Assembly (NCBI GenBank): GCA_951406725.2 | Contig: OX597831.1 | Coordinates: 50,530,001 to 50,594,000 of the forward strand | DNA: 64,000 nucleotides | Source: Octopus vulgaris | Taxonomy: Eukaryota | Direction: 5' to 3' | Part shown: positions 40,879 to 53,960 of the stretch, piece after piece | Position numbering within the stretch: position 1 is the stretch's first letter | How the letters are laid out: each line of letters opens with the position of its first letter | Translations under genes and position numbers: made by a program | The notes under the pieces: model-generated | What the model was told of the DNA's origin: nothing | What the model saw: the letters and a program-made list of their open reading frames with translations, nothing else | Database searches by the model: none

Positions 40879-42444
40879 AGAGAAAGAGGGAGACAGATTA
40901 ACGAATACATAAACGTGGTGGGAGTTTGTGTGTGCATGTGTATGTTGCATATATCCAATGTCTTTGGCTGTGTATATCTGATGTGTGTGTCTGCGTATCT
41001 GCGTATATCTGCTTTTGAAATTGATATAGCACTGGATATGTTGAACAGCATTAGCATTAGCAACGTCATTCATGCCATTCTTGACACCAATGGACGATGG
41101 AACAATAAAGAACGTACAATGTTTTCTTTTCAATGTAATAAATTCCACCCAGATGATATAAAAGTCACCATCAACTACGCTTCTAGACATTGCTACAGAA
41201 AATTACACGTACCGTACAGAGAGTTAAGAATGGAGAACATAAACATTTACAGAACATCTAAACTGTTAAGGCTCCACACACATTATTATAAATCTCTATA
41301 GTGAACTCACAACAAAACAAGTTGGGTTTTGTATATCGTACACTATTCAAAATAAACATAATGTTAGATACTTTTTTTAAGCATAAGAAGCTTGTCACAA
41401 CATTGCCAACCTCATGAATGGCAAAAGATGTCCAGCATTTGATCTACTGTATATAGTTATTTCGCTACACACAAAAGTCTACGTCTAGGTTATGCAAAGA
41501 AACAAAGAAAATGTTTGGAAATAGTAAAAATATTTAAAGGAATTGTGTTATATATTGGGCCGATCATTATTTTGATAATGGACACGCACTGGTTATATTT
41601 CAGTTCTTTTATTATTATTAAAGTAGTTAATTATTTAACCTATTAACTAATCGATTTGATGGGGTCACGAATGGGGATGAGAAGACTTTGACAAACATAG
41701 CTACCTGATTGATTGACTGAACGATCGATTAATCAAACAATCATTTCATCGATTGATCCAAACGTCAAACAACTGATGAATAATAACAAAAGAAATGAAA
41801 TAACCTCTATACAAATTTTTTTCATTGCCATAATGACCATCACCACTCCAAGGTACAGAGAGAAGTCCCTGTATCAGTACATGAGTTTGCATCAAGTATG
41901 CTGCAAGCAAAGTCTGAAAACGAAATATTTCAACAGAGTAATTAGAGAAGATAAAAAAGTAATTAAATACAGGGCGTGCTACGATAGCAATATGTTTAAT
42001 GCTGTAGTTTTTGAGGATGCCACGACCAATAGTGGAATCGCAAATAAGTATAAGAAAATCTGATAAGCAACTAATCTTAGTATTAAATTTGAGGAGAAAA
42101 TAAATTCATGTAGATCCATCACAAAGACTCAGAGTAAGAATATCGTATCTATACCTCCAGAGGTTGCCATGTCAAGTCAAATAGAAAGTAAATCAGTTTA
42201 CAAGCGGAGAAACGTCAGTATATCCGAGTGTAGCATTAGCATTTCACGATATATACGAAGTGCTGTTATTCCCCATTGGAATTGATGATCATATAGTAAC
42301 AGACACACTCTTGCTCACACACAAACAGCAACATAGGCGCAAGCACACACGCAAACACAAATACATATATTCATTAAGATCGGAAGCAGTTGAAACAATC
42401 CATATATACATACATAGACACACACACACACACGCGCGCAAAAA

Positions 42445-42817
42445 CATTTGACTACGGCCATACTGAAGCAACCACCTTTACTCGAACAAATCGACCCCAG
42501 ATCAACTTATTCTTTGTAAGCCTAGTACTTATTATATCGGTCTTTTTTGCCGCACAGCTAAGTTACTGGGACATAAACACACCAACACCGGTTGTCAAGC
42601 GATGGTGCGGGGAACAAACACAGACACAAACTTACACACACATTCACATATATATATATACACGACAGGCTGCTTTCAGTTCCCGTCTACCAAATCCACT
42701 CACAAGGTTTCGGTTGGCCCGAGGCTACAGTAGAAGCCACTCGCCGAAGGTTCTATGCAGTGGGACTGAACCCAGAACCATGTGGTTGGGAAGCAAGGTT
42801 CTTACCGCACAGTGCCT
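42445..42817 (-). mobile_element. SINE family A
   Basis: Reverse complement matches family A head, core and tail. Confidence 0.85.
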
Positions 42818-42831
42818 CTAAAGCCACGGCA

Positions 42832-42870
<39 letters not shown>

Positions 42871-42914
42871 CATACATACATACATACATACATACATACA
42901 TGCATGCATGCATA

Positions 42915-43120
42915 TACCGCGTGTATACCGTTGGCGTTTTTTTCCCTCTGTCTTCCCTTCTCTGGATCTTTCCTTCGCCTATGCTTCCGACGAAGAGCTC
43001 CGCTCGAAACGTTAGACCCTCCTTCTTCCCTTCCTTCCTGAGCGTCCAATAATACTATATTTGTTCCACGTCCTCGCGTTGTTGTGTTTTCTCTTTGTGT
43101 TTTCATGTTTGGATTAACTA
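42915..43120 (+). repeat. Short interspersed repeat with a minimal hammerhead-like motif (probable PLE terminal remnant)
   Basis: CCGACGA-A-GAGC-TCC-GCTC-GAAACGTTA at about 42987-43014; 3' part recurs at about 56180-56240. Confidence 0.6.
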
Positions 43121-43554
43121 TATATATACATACATGCATACACGCATACACACATAATATTCATACAAGTCCATTTGTAGTCATAGGTGTGTGTATGTAT
43201 GTATATAAGTATGTATGTATTTGTGTATATGTGCGTTTGTGTGTGCGAATGAGTATATGCCTGTGTATATGTGAGTCTGTGTGCATGTGAAATTAGGAAT
43301 ATTATTTCTCAATAAATTTTAAAATAACAGGAGAAATTCGTCTTGAGTGAGAGTCTAAGTAGCCTTTGACAGCTTATTTAAACATTCAATCAGCAGCGTT
43401 AATTTTATTTGTCTTTGCCAAAAACAAGACTCATATTTTGGTTGCAAACGTAATTATCACCAAAAAAATCGAAAGAAATATTGTTCGTTACTAGTTATTG
43501 TTTTTGTTGATGATGATGACGGTGAGGAGGAGGAGAAGGAGGGATAGATGGAGA

Positions 43555-43631
43555 AGAGAAGAAGAAGAAGAAGAAGAAGAAGAAGAAGAAAAGAAAATAA
43601 GAAGAAGAGGAAGAAAAGAAGTAGTAGCAGT

Positions 43632-43670
<39 letters not shown>

Positions 43671-43704
43671 CAGCAGCAGCAGTAGTAGTAGTAGTAGTAG
43701 TAGT

Positions 43705-43766
<62 letters not shown>

Positions 43767-43873
43767 AAGAGGAAAAGGAAGAAGGTAGTAGTAGTAGTAG
43801 TAGAAGAGGAAGAGGAAGAGGAAGAAGGTAGTAGTAGTAGTAGTAGAAGAGGAAGAAGAAGAAGAAGAAGAAG
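43555..43873. repeat. Compound (GAA)n/(GTA)n/(GCA)n trinucleotide tract
   Basis: Direct reading. Confidence 0.95.
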
Positions 43874-44467
43874 ACAGGAGGAATCCTCGTTGAGCTGTGA
43901 TCCAGAAGAGATAAAATCAAAGAGCTTCCAGTTATGATGATGATGTAGAATTATATTTTAAAACGCGATCCCTCTGTGGACCACGATTACGTCCCGTCGT
44001 TGTGGATTTTCATTTCCGTTTTTTTTTTTCTTTTTGCTTTTGTCGGGTTTTTGCTGCTCGTCATTTTGCTTTTGCTGTTGTTGTGGTTGTTTTTTTTTTT
44101 TGTTTTTTCTTGAGCCGCAGGCCAAATTCCGATCCGGTAAACTTATGATCAGCTATTCCAGTGTTTTCTCTCTTTCGCTCTTTTCAGTTATTGTCTTCTT
44201 GAAATTATATTATTTTACTCTCTCCCCCCTCTTCCGCTTTCATTAAGGCGGCAGACATTGTTAGAGTAGTTTCGTGATCACTACGGCGACGAAATCTAAC
44301 AACCACAGAAAAGAAAGAATTCCCATAATAATGGCTCACTATGCTTACTTGGTGTGCTGGCGATCTTGTTATTGTTGCTGTTTTTGCTATGACCGTATTT
44401 GCTAGTGATAGGTCGACTATAATCGAGCATACGTATTATCCAAGCACTCCAGCCGTGGCTATGCAGC

Positions 44468-44500
<33 letters not shown>

Positions 44501-44978
44501 TCACACACACACACACTATTTACCGTGTTAGCGCACACTTTATTTATTCAGATTGTCCTTACATTCTTTGAAACACATTCTGAGGCGAACTGTAGTGTTC
44601 GCCATGGTACCTAATATTAACAACTTTAGCGAAGATGCGCTGATTCTCTCCCCTCTTTGTTGATTCATAAAATTTGGTTTAACGTGAAGATGAAAGGAAA
44701 GCTGGCTCCAGAATTTTATTGCACAAAAGAAATTTTATACTTATAATACATAATGAACAGTCTATAGTCTGGTGTTCTTGTCTGCATCATATTAATCATA
44801 TTACACGCAGTGAACATTACGTGATTTTTAAATTATGTGTTAATTTAATAAATACCTATCATATCGTGTGGTCAAAGTAATTGGCTATCAGGTCTCCTGT
44901 AACTTGATTAATATAGTCTTAGAATATATATATATATATATACATACATATATATGTATATATATATATATATGTATG

Positions 44979-45073
<95 letters not shown>

Positions 45074-45227
45074 TATGCGTGTATGTAAATGCGAATATAT
45101 TTATATATAATACATACACACGCGCTCTTATGCATATGTGTTTGTGTGCACGTGTTTGTGAGTATGTTTGCGATTGTATGGTTAGTACACACAGAGACAT
45201 TCACAGATACACAAATAGTCTTACATT

Positions 45228-45273
<46 letters not shown>

Positions 45274-47006
45274 CGTAAATACTATATGCCCAAATGTTTA
45301 TAAGTTTTATTTAAGTTCTCACATTCTCCAATCTTTCTGGGTTCTCTTCTGAATCCTTCACCCTACCTAACTATTTTGAATCTGTCTATCTGTCAATGAA
45401 GAAATCAGTCAATCTATCTATTTATCTATGAATCTATCTATCTGTCTATCGATTTTACTAACTGAATATCTATCGATCAGTCTACCCATCTGTCTCTCCC
45501 TATATTTAATGTGTAATATGTACACAATCAGATTATTCCTTATGTATGACGTACACTTTAACATGAATATCTGTACAAATACGCACATAATACATGGATA
45601 CATACACACAAGCCTTAGAAAACACACATACAAACACACATACACACAGATACACGAACACGAACAATCAAGAATAGAAATATATGACAGAGCTATCATA
45701 TCACCCCTACTCATATATCTCACATTCTTTTACTCCTTACCTTCTCATATCTTCCTTTCCCTCCCCCACACCCCTCCCATTCTCCCATTACATTACCTTG
45801 ACTACTAACTAACATTCCTTTTCTCACTTCTTTCACCCTTTTTTCTTTTTTCTTTTTCTCTCTTTCTTCCTCTCATTTTGTCTTCCTGTTTTCATTTTGA
45901 CCTATCTCCTTTTTCTAATCATATGCATCTATCCTCCTACCATCTATCTACAAATACTACCAATACATTCTCAAAGTTTGATTCACACCACAGCACCCTT
46001 TCGAACGAGCCACACTGACTCCCTGGCTCCATACTTTGAAATGACATGAACTGTTACTGGAACTTACATAAGATGTACAAGAAAGTTTTTACCACTTCTT
46101 TACATCATTTTCCTCGAATAATGGAACTGCAACTACAATATCTTTATATATCTTATTTCTACTTTCATTCTCTTATTTCCCTCTACATTCCGTATCTCCT
46201 CCTTTTCCACAATAATTCCAACTCAAATATTTTCTCACACTGTCTCTGACAAAATGATATCCATAACATCCCAGAAACAGGTGTAAAACTATTTCATTAT
46301 AAATGTCCTGAAAACTCCTCACAACCTTGGCTATTTTTATGGATATATGCGAGTAGATTTGTATGTAAACATGTGTGGGGGGAGGCTGGTATCTCCTGTG
46401 TTGTGGTTTGTCCATGTATGTGTATGTGGGCGCACGTTTGCATGTGTGCGTGTCTGTGTTTCTTAACAAACCAACCGTAAAGAAGACAATTGAAATTTAA
46501 ATGTACAGGCCAATCATATTTAGCGTTCGATTCTTAACTATTTCTGAACATAATACTGTATATGTGTCATAGTCGAAATTATGGAATGCACTCGCATGTA
46601 CATTTATACACTTGTGGAACTTAATATCATGTAAACCAATGTTTTTATTTTTCATTTTATATGTATATGCCGATCGTTAATGCTTTGCATGGTACTGTAG
46701 TATAATTGTTGTTGTTGTTTTTGCTATCATGTTGCTAACCGTGTGATGCATATAATGTTTTGCTGGTATTAATGTTATTAATAATAATAATAATGATATT
46801 AGTAGCAATAGTGGTAATGATAATAGTAATAATGTTAATATTAATGACATTTTGTAACTTAATATAATGTACTCTTGACTTTGTATATCTGCATTTGAAT
46901 ATGAATATGTGTATGTTTTCTACATTGTAATATCATAATATTATGTTGACCAATTGTAACATTGAATATAGAACATATGTATGTATATTGATTTATATTA
47001 TTATTA

Positions 47007-47044
<38 letters not shown>

Positions 47045-47159
47045 AGTATGGGTATATGCACTCATATATATGTGTATATTATATATCATTGGTATATACC
47101 CACTCTTGTATGGGCGTACCTCCTCTGATATTCATATTTAATTTAGTTTGTATTTCATA

Positions 47160-47286
47160 ATCTCTGAAGAGGCCTAGGGATATTTTTGTAAGTGTCTCAT
47201 TTATAACTACATATTGACCTATCACACATGGATAATATGAGCATAATGAGACACACATATCTGCATGGCCGAAACAGCTGTAAGAT
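47160..47286 (+). ncRNA. Type I hammerhead ribozyme motif with extended stem II
   Basis: ATCT-CTGAAGA-GGCC...GGCC-GAAA-CAGCTG-TA-AGAT; core intact; internal pairs gtgtctcatt/aatgagacac, gatat/atatc, catatt/aatatg. Confidence 0.8.
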
Positions 47287-47661
47287 GTAGTTTATATTTA
47301 TATTTGTATTTATTTATATTCACTTATACATACTGTACATATTGTATCATATTACTCTTTCATGTACATTATTTTGTTCTATATTATTATGTTTGACCTT
47401 AATGTTCATATATAGTGGTTTAATAAATTATGTGATTGGGTATCATCTGGTAGTTGATCATTGATTAAGATGTGTTTCTCCATTTTCTTATTTTGTATAT
47501 ATATATATATACATATATATACACATATAGATATATATACATACATATATATATATATACGCACATATATATACGTACATATATATACATATATATATAC
47601 GTACATTTAAATGCATATATATATACATGCATATACATATATATACACATATAAATACATA

Positions 47662-47734
<73 letters not shown>

Positions 47735-48184
47735 ACAATAATATTTGAAAACGATAATATTTTAAAAAAATACCGTTATGTGGCCGCGAGCATAAGCCTT
47801 ACAGGCAAATTAATAAAATATATATATACAAAAGTACTACATAAGAACCTGCTTTGCTAAAAATAGAAGATAGAATCTTCTAAGCCACATAAGAATCACA
47901 AAATTATTACAGGCATGATAATAAAAAAAAATTAGTGAACCTATCTCGGCCGAGAATGCAAGAGGAATGGTGGTTAATTTGATATCATGATTCCGAATTT
48001 AGCGTCAAAGGTGCCTGATTCTCCTTAGTCAAACCTGCCAGAGGCGACTACTAGAATTCCCCCCACCATGCCTGCAGATTCATTTGAATGCTCCAGCATC
48101 GTTGAAAGAAAGGAAATACGTGAAATTATTTGAAAATAAATATGCGAACGATGATATTTCTAAGAATAATATTGTGCATGTACA

Positions 48185-48590
48185 TAGGAGTGACTGTGTG
48201 GTAAGTAGCTTGTTTACCAACCACATGGTTCCGGGTTCAGCTCCACTGCGTGGCACCTTGGGCAAGTGTCTTCTACTATAGCCTCGGGCTGACCAAAGCC
48301 TTGTGAGTGGATTTGGTAGGCGGAAACTGAAAGAAGCCTGTCGTATATATGTATATATATATATGTATGTGTGTGTGTTTGTGTGTCTGTGTTTGTCCCC
48401 CTAGCATTGCTTGACAACCGATGCTGGTGTGTTTATGTCCCCGTCACTTAGCGGTTCGGCAAAAAGAGACCGATAGAATAAGTACTGGGCTTACAAAGAA
48501 TAAGTCCCGGGGTCGAGTTGCTCGATTAAAGGTGGTGCTCCAGCATGGCCGCAGTCAAATGACTGAAACAGGTAAAAGAGAGTAAAGAGA
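48185..48590 (+). mobile_element. SINE family A
   Basis: Near-consensus copy. Confidence 0.9.
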
Positions 48591-48611
48591 AATATATGTT
48601 TGTGTGTTTGT

Positions 48612-48641
<30 letters not shown>

Positions 48642-48644
<3 letters not shown>

Positions 48645-48890
48645 GAGGCGCAATAGCCCAGTGGTTAGGGCAGCGGACTTACGGTCGGAGGATCGCGGTT
48701 TCGATTGTGTGTGTTTATTGAGTGAAAACACCTAAAAGCTCCAGGAGGCTCCGGCATGGGGTGGTGGCGACCCCTGTTGTACTCTTTCGCCCCTACTTTC
48801 TCTCACTCTCTCTTCCTGTTTCTTGAGTGACGCTGCGATGGACTGCGATGGACTGCGATGGACGCTGCGATGGACTGGCGTCCTGTCCAG
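48642..48890 (+). mobile_element. SINE family B, tail type 4 (ctgcgatggactggcgtcctgtccag), 3'-truncated
   Basis: Family B head; tail contains four tandem ctgcgatgga units. Confidence 0.8.
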
Positions 48891-48899
48891 CATATATAT

Positions 48900-50060
48900 A
48901 TGCTGACCAAGATACTCTCCTTGGAATGTGACCAACTAAGCTTTATTTTTCAACATAGTCCCCTATGCAGTCCCCATATTTTTCCATCGGTGTTGCAGTT
49001 CTTTGTTCCTATTGGTGAACAAGATTTCATCCTCTTGGTAAAAAATATATAAACAGCACACATGACGTCATCATTTCTGCAATACTGGTTCTCAGTCAAG
49101 TACTTTTTCAAGTTGGGTAATAGATGATATTCAGATGGAGCCAACTCATCAGTCATTGAAACCAAGGTCTTGTGTGCTGGACATTGGTGAGACATGACCC
49201 CTTTCTTCTGTTTTCCAGGGCGTTTGGTCTCGCTAGCCTTTTGTAACTGTCTCAGCCAGTTGGCATAGTTCTTTTCATTGATGGTGTGGCTCTTTTGAAG
49301 CACAATGCCTTTTGCATCCCCAAAATCTGAGATTATCAGATGAAACGATCATGGGCTTCTTTGAAGCTGAGGAAAATGGGTATTTCCACTTCATGGATTG
49401 TCTCTATCTCATCCTGTGTTAGGAAGCCAGCTGCATTGCCTCAAACAGTGTCAGATGTTCCCGTAATGTGATCAGCCCGGTGTGTGCTTTTGATCAGTTT
49501 AGACTTAGAAGATAAGGAACCACTCGAGCAGAAAAGTCTTCTTTATGCCAAGATTTGTGTGCAGAATATTCTCAACTCTCTCACGATATATGCAAATACC
49601 ATTGGCTATTTGATTTATAGTCAATCACATGACATCCATCACCAATTGGTGAATACGGCCAATGTTTTCCACTGTAGTGGCAGTTGCTGGAGGTTCAGAT
49701 CTTGTGTGATCATCACGACTCCCCCTGCACCTCCTGAATTCAGCTGCCTACTTTTGCACTGTTGATAAAGATGGAGCGTCATTCCCTAACGTAGCAACCC
49801 TTGTCTGCATGAATGTCCTTTGGGGCTAAAAACTATTCCTGCAGGTATTTGATAACGCTATGATACCAAATTTTGTCCATTTTCAAAAGTAGTCGCTACT
49901 ACTTACATTTGAAGTCTTCTTTCAAGAGTCAGATATCGGGTTACCTGGAACGAAGAAAAGTAGTTATTAATAAGAAATGTTGAAATTAAAGTGTACGAGA
50001 TTTCACAACTCTACCATCACTCCTTCATAAACAGTCTATGAACTTTTCAGCCCACCCTCA
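48900..50060 (-). mobile_element. Degenerate mariner element
   Basis: TIR-like GAGGGTGGGCTGAAAAGTTCATAG at the right end; ATG at about 49880 (MDKIWYHSVIKYL); KRPGKQKKGV..H..PAH, ELAPSEYHLLPNLKK. Confidence 0.88.
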
Positions 50061-50107
50061 TGTGTGTGTTTACGTCTGTGCGTGAGAGTGTGTGTGTATT
50101 TGTGTGT

Positions 50108-50168
<61 letters not shown>

Positions 50169-50665
50169 AGTGTGTATGTGCGTGGGTATACATAAGAAAA
50201 ATGGGTGAAGATGCACAATAACATGAAAATATTTGTTATAATCTTTTTAGAAAAATGAAAAGACGAAAGCAGGTGTAATTTTTCATTTAGACATATTAAT
50301 CTTTGTAACTTGCATGGAAACTAAAAAGTTTTAATAAAATAAATGAAATATCACATCTGAATTTTGTCTTTTGTATAACAATTGTTTTCAAGTTATTGTG
50401 AATCAGCCGATTTTCGTTCGTTAATAGAATACCACTTGTATGGAAAATATTAATGTTCACTGTGTGTATGTGTGTGGTTGTGTGTGTGAGTGGTTGCGTG
50501 TGTATTTGTGTGAGTCAGTATGTATGTATATATGTATGCATATATATATACACACATACACACACATATATATAACATATATAACATGTATGTAACATAT
50601 GTATATATGCGGTGGTGCCCCAGCATGGCCGCGGCCTTCGGCCTAAACACTTTTGTGGAATTTAA

Positions 50666-50714
<49 letters not shown>

Positions 50715-50832
50715 AAAGAGTTGAAAATAAGCTGAATGTTTGTACACATAAAAGTTTTTTTTTAAGTAGGAGAAGTGGGAGGTAAATATTTTTATTGTAC
50801 ACTTACATGCATGACAGTAAAACACAAAACTA

Positions 50833-51226
50833 TTCTTTTATTCTCTTATTTGTTTCAGTCATTTGACTGCGGCCATGCTGGACCACCTCATTTAGTCGAA
50901 CAAATCGACCCCAGGACTTATGCTTTTGTAAGCCTTGTACTTATTCTATTGGTCTTTTTTGCCGAACCGTTAGGTTACGGGGACGTAAATGCACCAACAT
51001 CGGTTGTCAAGCGATAGTAGGGGGACAAGCTCAGACACACAAACATATACATATATATTTATACGACGGGCTTCTTTCAGTTTTCGTCTACCAAATCCAT
51101 TCACCGGGCTTTTGTTGGCCCGAGGTCATAGTAGAGGACATATGCCCATGGTGCCGCGCAGTGAGACTGAAACCGGAATCATGTGGTCGGTAAGCAAGAT
51201 ACTCACCACACAGCCACTCGTGTGCC
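50833..51226 (-). mobile_element. SINE family A
   Basis: Reverse complement matches family A. Confidence 0.85.
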
Positions 51227-51629
51227 TACATGTTTACACATTGAATGTTTTCAAAAGGAGCATGTTTTTCAAAAATGCATGTTTTCAAAAGGAGACCTTA
51301 ACACACAAACCGCATTCCCTATTGAAATGCTTTCGCATAGAAAAATCGTTTTTGCATAAAAATATTTTACTGAATATATGTTGTAGCCGTGTTTTCTACT
51401 AGAAAAAATATCATATTTTGTTGACCAGGGTCAGTTTTTGCTATACCTCAGATAATCAAGCTCGAAGCTACGTAGTGGTAAATACATGCGTGATTAATCG
51501 TATGTAGTTACGCTGCATATTTAATTTCCAAGAAAGGCGCGTAATTTTCGATTGTTGCCATACAATTTTTGGTTTAAATAAGGGTATATGAAGGCGTGGT
51601 TGTGTGGTAAGAATCTTGCTTCTCAATTA

Positions 51630-52964
51630 ATTCTGTGCGACACTTACTCTTTCCTTAGCCCCTTTCACCCTTTCTACGTTCCTTCCACTTTTCTTTTTCT
51701 CGCTCCCACCATCTCTCACATTTCTTGGCACTCTCTTCGTTCTCTTCACTTTCCCTCTGCCTTTACCTCCTTTGTAAACATAAGGACACAGGAAATGTGT
51801 CAAGGCCGACAGGAAGTGGTGCTTCCTAGAGCTAAATAGCAATAGTACTCTTCCCTTTCATACGACTTGTCACATTGACAACATGCCAACATGACAAACG
51901 GTAATTTTTTGTCCTACGGGGATAAGAAAATTTCTGTTAAATTTTTATTGAAAGATTTTGAATTGTTATTTTTTAATCCTTTACAGGTTCTTTTTGCTGA
52001 AAAATTTGTTCCTTATAAAAATGAAAGAGAAATTATTTTCGGAGCTGGAGTCTCGATATCCGGAAGATGTAAGAAACGTCAGCTCCGAGGTGGCGGATGG
52101 GAAACTAATTGTCAGCCCGGCTGCCCCACCGAGAGAAAGCCAAGCGGCTACACCAAGCAAAGAGAAAAATGGGGAGGGAGGCAAATTTGTGCAGTCCTTC
52201 CTCCAACTTAAACTGTAAGTACACCTTAAACATTTTTTACCTATGAATGTGCGTGGTCTGGGATCGAAATGGAAACAAATTTGTTTACTGGACGACCTCA
52301 GGTCACATGATATAGATGTGTGCATTGTCACTGAGTGGACCACAAGTGTTCTCGCCTCTCTTGAATGGCCACGAGAAATGTATTGCTCATAACCGACATG
52401 GAGGAGGGGGCGTGGTGGTCTTATTCAGGAAGAACTTGGACTTGTAGGTAAGTACTGTCTTTCTGAACACAGAAAGTAGTCTGGTCGTCCTGGATGTAAC
52501 CTACGTGAGTAAACAGTCCTTCGGGTTGGTAGCTGTCTACGCTCCTGACGAGCGTAGGCAGTCTGGCATTTTTTACGAGACCTGGAGCACTTTCTAGTGA
52601 CGTTAAAAATAGTAGTTCTCTTAGGAGACTTTATCCTCGATGCACGGTTGGATAGTGTTGGCTCGACTGATAGGAAAGGAAATCCTGCCCTCAAGGATTT
52701 ACTAGAGCGCTATAATCTAGTAGACCGTTACAGACTGGATGAGCTGAGCGTTCCACAGTGGACGTGGAGTAATAACGACGGTGCACGCAGATCTTACATG
52801 AGTATAGTATTCGTTAGGGAAAGAGATAGGGTTACCTTTAGCTGTCCACGATTTTTTATTGTATCTTACACGGACCACAAATTTGTGACATGTCAGGTAC
52901 GCGTAGATAAATGTCATAGACAGGCACCCGGGTCCTGGAAAATGAACAAGTCTATTTTTACTTG
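51630..52964 (+). mobile_element. Tx1/L1-clade LINE 5' fragment (ORF1 remnant + endonuclease)
   Basis: MNVRGL, GGGVVVLF, LVAVYAP, VLLGDF, LVDRYR..PQWTW, TDHKFV, GSWKMNKSI. Confidence 0.85.
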
Positions 52965-53439
52965 TAAAAAGGCTTCCAAATAAAGAAGCGCTTCTTTATT
53001 TGGGAGACTTTTATTGTATTTCTATAATATATAGTCTAGTGACTAATTCATCTTTTGTGCTGGGTCACTGGTAATAATAATATATTTTTTATTACCCTAT
53101 TTACTATGTTAAAATATTGCTTGATAAATTTGCTCGTAAATTTTTTACCGGCATCTTCTCTGTCGCCGTGTATGATTTGTGGCTGCGCACTGGTTTGAAA
53201 AGTTAGGGTATACAAATCGTTGCCTCTAACGGTCTGTACATCTAGGATTACAAAGGCTCCCTACTGATGATTCTTGCCTTGGCAGATAAATTCTGTTTGT
53301 TTGCTAAAAATAGATGAAACCGTCGGTCTAGGATTAGCTGAGTTGGTAAACGTTTTTAATTTTCATTCCTTTCATGAATTTATCCCTTTTTGTGTGTCTA
53401 GCACAGCGCTTCTTTATTTGGAAGCCTTTTATTGTATTT
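52965..53439 (+). mobile_element. Non-coding hammerhead-bearing retroelement (retrozyme-like); 418-bp unit + 35-bp terminal redundancy + short 5' inversion
   Basis: agcgcttctttatttgg..ttttattgtattt at 52987 and 53405; about 52965-52992 is its inverted copy; blocks homologous to the 32744-33375 element. Confidence 0.72.
53260..53332 (+). ncRNA. Type I hammerhead ribozyme motif
   Basis: CCTA-CTGATGA-T-TCT...AGA-T-GAAA-CCGTCGG-TC-TAGG; GUC cleavage triplet at 53326-53328; stem I CCTA/TAGG. Confidence 0.8.
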
Positions 53440-53861
53440 GGGCATAAATATGTATTTAAAATATATACTTAGTACTATAAGTGTATGATGAATTTATAGA
53501 ATGAACTTCTACAAGTCCAGTCGTATTCTGTAGATTAACCATACATTTGATACAATAGTACTACTTTTCATACCTACACCAATTTACAGTACTAAACTCT
53601 CAGCAAAGTAATCAACGTTAGAATTCGTTCTGGAAACCATTCCAATTAAAGGAAGAATCCACATTGAAGTTTTTACAAACGCATATATGTGCATATGTAC
53701 ATATGTGTACATATATATACGCGTGTGTGTGTATGTATGTATATTTGTATAAATATATGTATGTGGTGGAGTGGGTGTTATAATATCCTAACTAAATATA
53801 TACTTATATGCCAGCATATATATATGTATATATATATAATATATATATATATATGTATACT

Positions 53862-53960
<99 letters not shown>

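Noticed and set aside
40915-41301. ORF containing FHPDDIKVTIN, reminiscent of small heat-shock proteins
   Set aside because: Only about 10 residues similar, the rest of the alpha-crystallin domain is not visible, and the ORF starts in low-complexity DNA
43495-43920. Poly-E/S/T/A ORFs (also 23389-23707 and 19041-19376)
   Set aside because: Trinucleotide repeats; no splice or domain evidence
48833-48877. Short tandem ctgcgatgga repeats as a CRISPR-like array
   Set aside because: 10-bp slippage repeat in a SINE tail; no spacers or cas genes; eukaryotic context
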